Shown here piece after piece: positions 34,771-39,228 of a stretch of 39,228 nucleotides of DNA. The notes beneath the pieces are model-generated. The model saw only the letters and a list, made by a program, of their open reading frames with translations, did not search any database and was not told where the DNA came from. Within the stretch, counting starts at the first letter, position 1. The number at the start of each line of letters is the position of its first letter. Made by a program: the position numbers and the translations under genes. Origin of the DNA: a virus; UHGV virus genome UHGV-0211791. One strand, 5' to 3'.

Positions 34771-35094
34771 CTACTTAATTTTATCTACCCATTCACGCCA
34801 GCGCGCCTCGCGAATTTCTGGGGGCAACCGCTGATCTTCAAAATGGTCAGACAAATTTATTGAATCTGGAAGCAACGCCCAGGCAACATAGAACTCATGC
34901 GGTTCGAACTCGCCACCAGCAAACTCGTATGCACCGACGTGGTAAACTTCACCATCTTCTTCGAATGCCAATACGTGGGCAATATGCCAGCCATCGCAGG
35001 GGTTAAGCAGAAGAACCCATTTACCGTCGAGTTCCTGCGTCAATTTTTCGCTGGCGGGACGAAAAACCAATTGCTCAGTAATTTGTTGAGACAT
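34771..35094 (-). CDS. Hypothetical protein, first gene of the late operon (107 aa from ATG 35094)
   Basis: ORF. The longer ORF-track form would overlap the pR'/tR' region. Confidence 0.4.
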   Translation of the reverse strand: MSQQITEQLVFRPASEKLTQELDGKWVLLLNPCDGWHIAHVLAFEEDGEVYHVGAYEFAGGEFEPHEFYVAWALLPDSINLSDHFEDQRLPPEIREARWREWVDKIK

Positions 35095-35099
35095 GCTGG

Positions 35100-35210
35100 C
35101 TCCAGAAACGACAAAGCCCCACCATTTCTGGCAGGGCTCGATTATTAAGCGTTGTGTCGAAGTGACCACTCTTAACAGGATATTCCGTTTTTTACGTACG
35201 TAAACACTTT
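35100..35210 (-). promoter_or_regulatory. Candidate late promoter pR'/qut and tR' region downstream of Q
   Basis: 110-bp AT-rich spacer with hairpin AGCCC-N14-GGGCT followed by TTGTCGTTTCT. Position analogous to lambda pR'. Confidence 0.3.
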
Positions 35211-35617
35211 TATTTACCAGCCACCAATTTAGTTTCTGGCTCCCGTGATACATACCTGTCCATCTCAAGCCTTACATCAAGCATCATCAACATGCCTTCA
35301 ACAACCCCTTCGGCCTTCTGAAGCTTTTTACCGATATGTCCGTCGGAGCAACCATGCTTGCGGGCCAGCGCCATAAACGTCATGCCCATCACATAATAAT
35401 CCACCAGCAAATCATGCAGGTCCTGGTTATTTTTATTCAGCCTGGCGATGCACCCGCAGATGACCATCGCATCATCATCACAACATTGTGGCCGCGATTT
35501 TACCCTGGCCGGAAGAAGTCCTTTAAATCCAGCGGCAATCGGTGCCCAGGCAACATCTTCATGATTATTGGCCGCCCATGCGCCCCAGCGTTCTAATACC
35601 TGTTGGATGTCCCGCAT
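35210..35617 (-). CDS. Q: Late antiterminator Q (21/82/DLP12 quuD-type)
   Basis: [21 protein letters not shown]...[12 protein letters not shown]...LVDYYV matches this Q family. TAATG coupling to the primase. Confidence 0.8.
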   Translation of the reverse strand: MRDIQQVLERWGAWAANNHEDVAWAPIAAGFKGLLPARVKSRPQCCDDDAMVICGCIARLNKNNQDLHDLLVDYYVMGMTFMALARKHGCSDGHIGKKLQKAEGVVEGMLMMLDVRLEMDRYVSREPETKLVAGK

Positions 35618-36591
35618 TATGCCGCCTCTTTTTGTTTCTTGTAGAAGACCAGCTCACGAACCTCATCGCCATTCATGAGCATATCGTTAAAGTCACCGTT
35701 GTCCGGCCAGCGTACGCTGACTTTCACAAGGTCATTTTTCGCCAGTAGATTGGCGTGGGCGCACTCAAACGCCGCAGCCTGCCCGGTGGCAGAGTGCTTG
35801 TCCATATCAGCGAAAACGATCAGATGTTTTACCCCTGCCGGCACCCGGAATTTTTTCATGAAATTGCTGTTCATTACCGCCCAGGTATTCACACCATAAA
35901 TCTGATAGCAGGAGAGCGCCGTTTCGATACCCTCTGCAATCCCCAGCGTTGAGGACACGGGAAACATACGGATGGCTACCGAGCGGGCATATTCGAGGTA
36001 GTTATCTTCCTGCAGGGATTTTTGACGTTTGGCGCTTTCACCCAGCGGCGCTTTGCGATCCCCGTCAAGTAAGGTTCGGTGGAGATAGCACAGCTCACCT
36101 TTATCATCGGTGGCAAGAGCGTAGAGGGCATGATAAATCCTGCCCGCATGACGCTGCTTTTCGCAGAACCGGATCGCCTCAGAGGGTAATTTGTTGATCC
36201 CGCGCTGGCGCAGATACCCTTCCCCGTTGGTACCGCGCAAGGGCAGCAGCTTCGCGAATTTGCTGATGGCGCGCTGACGTAGCTTCGCCGCCGAGCTGTT
36301 GACCGGGATTTTCTCCCGGCGGTAGTCATTGCCAATGAGCTGATCCACCTCCGCACAGAGTGCTGAGAAAGTCTTCCCGGTCTGCGTGAGGGAGAGTAGT
36401 TTCATGCCGTCACCGCTGCCACATACGCAGATCCACGTCCCGGCACCGTCGCGGTCGTCAATGCGAAACTTGCTGCGCGCGCCGCATACCGGACATTCTC
36501 CCTTGTAGTGATTTTTCCCGGTTATCGGCGGCAGGCCGTAATGTTCAAGAATTTCCGTCCAGCGGCCTTTTGCCGCTTCTGCTGTCTTCAC
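35617..36591 (-). CDS. DNA primase (N-terminal CHC2-type zinc finger + TOPRIM)
   Basis: [10 protein letters not shown]...WICVCG zinc binding. [16 protein letters not shown] and VFADMD. Confidence 0.75.
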   Translation of the reverse strand: MKTAEAAKGRWTEILEHYGLPPITGKNHYKGECPVCGARSKFRIDDRDGAGTWICVCGSGDGMKLLSLTQTGKTFSALCAEVDQLIGNDYRREKIPVNSSAAKLRQRAISKFAKLLPLRGTNGEGYLRQRGINKLPSEAIRFCEKQRHAGRIYHALYALATDDKGELCYLHRTLLDGDRKAPLGESAKRQKSLQEDNYLEYARSVAIRMFPVSSTLGIAEGIETALSCYQIYGVNTWAVMNSNFMKKFRVPAGVKHLIVFADMDKHSATGQAAAFECAHANLLAKNDLVKVSVRWPDNGDFNDMLMNGDEVRELVFYKKQKEAA

Positions 36592-38216
36592 GCTGTTCTT
36601 CTCCCCAGCATACTACGAATGTTTTCAACCTTTTGTTTTGCGCTGATGATCCGGGTTGTGGTGGCCGTGCTGTCGGTGGGCTCACTCGCCTTGCTGTCGG
36701 CCTTCTCCCGTCCCTTCGCAAATTTGATGAGTTTGTGCCTGATGTAGTTGTTTACCTCCGGGGTAATCTCCATCGGAAAATCGCTCAGCCCGTTGGGCCA
36801 TTCATTGAACTTTTCGCGGAATGTATGCGCACACCAGCCGTCACTGATGGGTTTCCCCATCGAAGTGCGCTGGCGCTGATAGAATTTGATCTGGCTCCAC
36901 CAGGACTGTTTGTCCGATTTGGTGTAAACCTTTTCGCCCTTGCTGAGCTTTTTGATATTGCGTTGCGTGTCGGTTTCCACATCCTCGCCGACCAGCGGCT
37001 TAAATCCGCATTTCGGGCAGACGTAGACACCTGCAGGTTTCATGAAATGACACTCCGGGCATTCCTTCGGGAGTTTTTCCTCCCGTTCTTCGGCTATGCG
37101 GGCTGCAGCTTCTTTCATCCCGTCGTTTTTCGAGGGCAGATCGTTGTACTCGATGGCATCAGGAAATCCCAGGCGATGGACGGTACCGCTGTGATCGAAG
37201 ATAAGGCAGGCATCTTTCCCCGGGGCAGTTCGCAGACCACGGCCCAGCGCCTGAAGCCAGCGAATTTCGCTTTTTGTCGGTCGGGCGTAAATGATGCAAC
37301 GAACGTCACTGTCGAAGCCCGCCACCAGTACGCCGACGCTGACGATGATTTTTGTAGCGCCCGTCTCGAAACGGTGGATCATCAACTGGCGTTCTTCGTG
37401 CGGCGTTTCAGCCACCATGACTTCGGCGTTAACACCGGCTTTGTTGAACTGCATGGTGACGTAATTGGCGTGGGCCTTATTGACGCAGAACGCCACCGTC
37501 GGCAGATCACGGCCATTACGCAGCCAGTTATCGACAATATCGCCCACCAGATCGGAGCCGCACATAATCTCCGCCAGCTGTGCTTCGTCGTAGTCGCTGC
37601 CATACTCCATCGAGGCTTTAGTCTTAACGCCTTTCAGATCCGGTTTAGTTGGTGCGAAAAATTCGTAATTACTCAGATCGCCGCGCTGGATAAGTTCTCC
37701 GATGGTGGTCGGCTTAATCAGACGCTGGTAGTAATTCCCCAGGAAGGGTGAAAACGGGGTTCCGGACAGGCCAATAACCTTCGCTTTGGTTTCTGTGGTG
37801 ATCCGTTCAATCTCTTTCAGAATGCGACGCTTGCGCAGGTGGGCTTCATCCACAATCAGCAGATCGATATCCTGAGGAAATTCGCGGCGGATCAGCGTAT
37901 CGGCGCTGGCTATCTGAATCTGCAGGCTGGGGTCATAGTTCGGATGGTCACGCCAGATAAAGCTGATCTGGTCCTCAGGGAGGCCATACTGAGCAAAACG
38001 CTGCGCCGTCTGGTTAATCAGAATGGTGTAAGGGGCGACAAACAGAACGCGCATACCACGACTTACCAGACCAGCAGCAACAAAAGCAGCCAGCCCGGTT
38101 TTACCGCTGCCAGTCGGCATATACATCATGAAAGATTCGTATGCCTTCCAGTCACGGCGCAGCATATTGAGTGCGCGTTCCTGTGCAAAATTCGGTGTGA
38201 TGTTCAGCATTATCAA
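36588..38216 (-). CDS. SF2 DEAD/DEAH-box replicative helicase
   Basis: Walker A MPTGSGKT. Motif II IVDEAHL. Motif VI QALGRGLR. C-terminal CxxC zinc ribbon. Confidence 0.85.
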   Translation of the reverse strand: MIMLNITPNFAQERALNMLRRDWKAYESFMMYMPTGSGKTGLAAFVAAGLVSRGMRVLFVAPYTILINQTAQRFAQYGLPEDQISFIWRDHPNYDPSLQIQIASADTLIRREFPQDIDLLIVDEAHLRKRRILKEIERITTETKAKVIGLSGTPFSPFLGNYYQRLIKPTTIGELIQRGDLSNYEFFAPTKPDLKGVKTKASMEYGSDYDEAQLAEIMCGSDLVGDIVDNWLRNGRDLPTVAFCVNKAHANYVTMQFNKAGVNAEVMVAETPHEERQLMIHRFETGATKIIVSVGVLVAGFDSDVRCIIYARPTKSEIRWLQALGRGLRTAPGKDACLIFDHSGTVHRLGFPDAIEYNDLPSKNDGMKEAAARIAEEREEKLPKECPECHFMKPAGVYVCPKCGFKPLVGEDVETDTQRNIKKLSKGEKVYTKSDKQSWWSQIKFYQRQRTSMGKPISDGWCAHTFREKFNEWPNGLSDFPMEITPEVNNYIRHKLIKFAKGREKADSKASEPTDSTATTTRIISAKQKVENIRSMLGRRTA

Positions 38217-38279
38217 CCCCTTTACGTTTCACTCTTCCAGGAAAAACCTTCCCGGTTTCATACCCGATCCACTGCGTAC

Positions 38280-38440
38280 CACTTTGCTAGTACAGTGGCG
38301 TTTTTGGGCTCTGTCTCTGAGATCTGCACCTACCTAACCAATGGAGCTGCCTTCTGGAAAAGGCCTATTCCCATCCCTCTCCGATCTCCCCCCTTACCCC
38401 CCTCTTACCTCTCCCTTACTCCTGTACTAGCAAACAAGTA
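38280..38440. other. Non-coding element: 10-bp inverted repeats GCTAGTACAG (38286-38295) / CTGTACTAGC (38422-38431) flanking a 55-nt polypyrimidine tract (G-run-rich on the minus strand). Candidate ori or structured RNA.
   Basis: A 320-bp gap between the 97-aa gene and the helicase. Minus strand carries GGG, GGGGGG, GGGGGG, GGG, GGG runs. Confidence 0.4.
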
Positions 38441-38537
38441 CATCGAGACAGAAAAAGGTAACCGGGAGTAACCACCCCACCAGCAGCTGACACCTTTAAG
38501 TCAGACTGCAACCAGGCACCTTTAAGCCCGGCATCCT

Positions 38538-38831
38538 TCAGGTGCGGTGTTGCGTTCCAGCTAGGGGAGGCAGAGCCGTATACCCCTGCATTGCACGGCC
38601 GTGTGTTTCAACGAACCGGCGAAGCCTCACATTGGCTTCATGCCTTGCCCGGTTCTCCTTGCGGTAGGACACGGGTTCAGCGTCAAACGTGATTTCGTAA
38701 ACCTCTGCATACTTCAGCGAGACTTTTCGCCTCAGGGATGGAGGTAAACCCAGTAGTTGCTGTTGTATCCAGGCTGCGTCTGCCTGGCTGTAAAGCGATG
38801 GCATTTCAACCTGCACATAATCCGGGTACAT
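38538..38831 (-). CDS. Hypothetical protein in the cII position (97 aa)
   Basis: ORF downstream of cro. Confidence 0.45.
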   Translation of the reverse strand: MYPDYVQVEMPSLYSQADAAWIQQQLLGLPPSLRRKVSLKYAEVYEITFDAEPVSYRKENRARHEANVRLRRFVETHGRAMQGYTALPPLAGTQHRT

Positions 38832-38857
38832 AACGCCTCCGGTAAAACCAGCCAGCC

Positions 38858-39097
38858 TTAGCTTTTTCGCCGCAGAAAATCAGGGATCCCATCGTCAGGC
38901 GATGGATACAGATCAGGACGAACATCATGAGGAACAATTTTCCAATCAGTCATTTCACATATAGTTAGAACATAACGTGGTGGGATAACCGATTTAGAGA
39001 ACCATTGGTTTACAGCTTGAGGTGAGATTCCAAGCACCTTAGCAATCGCTCTCTGAGAGACAGAACTCCGCAGTCGAGAACGGATTTTCTCATCCAT
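38858..39097 (-). CDS. cro: Cro-like HTH regulator (YdaS/Cro family)
   Basis: HTH VSQRAIAKVLGISPQAVNQW. Preceded by OR-like operators. Confidence 0.75.
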   Translation of the reverse strand: MDEKIRSRLRSSVSQRAIAKVLGISPQAVNQWFSKSVIPPRYVLTICEMTDWKIVPHDVRPDLYPSPDDGIPDFLRRKS

Positions 39098-39106
39098 ATG
39101 ACACCA

Positions 39107-39152
39107 TCAAGTTAAAATTGACAACACACCAAGAATATCAAGTTTAAATTAA
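39107..39152. promoter_or_regulatory. OR-like operators TCAAGTTAAAATTGA (39107-39121) and TCAAGTTTAAATTAA (39138-39152). A weaker third site may lie near 39181-39195.
   Basis: Same TCAAGTT half-site as the perfect palindromes at 761-822. Confidence 0.6.
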
Positions 39153-39228
39153 CATGCAAGATAGAATTTACTCATGTACACTTAAAATCAAGGTAAGCTT
39201 TACATTTTGGCGTTTGATGTCGTGACTA

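Larger units (their letters stand above)
1..39228. mobile_element. Temperate phage genome. It combines lambdoid cI/cro/Q/pinholin-SAR lysis with contractile-tail (sheath/tube/baseplate V-W-J-I) morphogenesis. It appears complete and circularly permuted.
   Basis: Phage genes fill the window without a break. attP and int are internal. Operator half-sites TCAAGTT are shared by the left end (761-822, after cI) and the right end (39107-39152, before cro). Confidence 0.7.

Noticed and set aside
36570-38471. Large plus-strand ORFs (393 aa, 210 aa) in the helicase region
   Set aside because: They are antisense to the well-supported DEAD-box helicase or span the non-coding polypyrimidine tract. They are low-complexity translations of the opposite strand.
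1-39228. CRISPR arrays, IS elements or transposases
   Set aside because: There are no regularly spaced direct repeats and no transposase-like ORFs. The only repeats are operators, arm sites, dif-like sites and recombinase iterons.

Overview
The whole 39.2-kb window reads as one temperate phage genome. It is most likely a complete, circularly permuted genome opened inside the cI-cro intergenic region, not an integrated prophage. The evidence: OL-type operators after cI at the left end and OR-type operators upstream of the Cro-like gene at the right end share the half-site TCAAGTT/AACTTGA, and the attachment region (partial tRNA-Arg(UCU) 3' half flanked by ACTTGACC arm repeats) lies inside the window next to the integrase.

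Layout on the plus strand, left to right:
- cI repressor (HTH + S24 peptidase), a terminator, then OL/pL.
- An early-left operon that opens with an AT-rich acidic gene pair, followed by small early genes and an AlpA/Xis-like gene.
- attP, a P4-type integrase, an SOS-palindrome-controlled DinI-like gene, and an AT-rich acyltransferase-3 (Oac/OafA-like) putative O-antigen acetylase.

Layout on the minus strand, read right to left:
- Cro-like gene, a gene of unknown function, an SF2 helicase, a CHC2/TOPRIM primase and a 21/82-type antiterminator Q.
- A four-gene late cargo cluster (DUF115-like, GT9-like glycosyltransferase and SAM methyltransferase among them) in the Q-S moron position.
- Pinholin (dual start), SAR endolysin and Rz with embedded Rz1.
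- Three small genes and a second, Xer-like tyrosine recombinase with iterated GTGCGGCATATC repeats.
- terS, terL, portal, MuF-like protein, scaffold/protease, decoration-like protein, major capsid protein and neck proteins.
- Sheath, tube, a chaperone with a -1 frameshift, a tape measure protein with an SLT domain, and a hub.
- A translationally coupled lipoprotein, then an AT-rich two-gene moron (243-aa protein + HEPN-like protein) with its own terminator.
- Baseplate V/W/J/I, a mosaic tail fibre and a tail-fibre assembly protein.

The most interesting points:
- Two near-canonical dif-like 28-bp sites with a perfect XerD arm sit in direct orientation around terL-portal-MuF, close to the phage Xer-like recombinase.
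- A promoter-to-terminator moron carrying a HEPN-like gene is embedded in the baseplate operon.
- A late-expressed glycosyl/methyl-transferase cassette sits in the stx-equivalent position.
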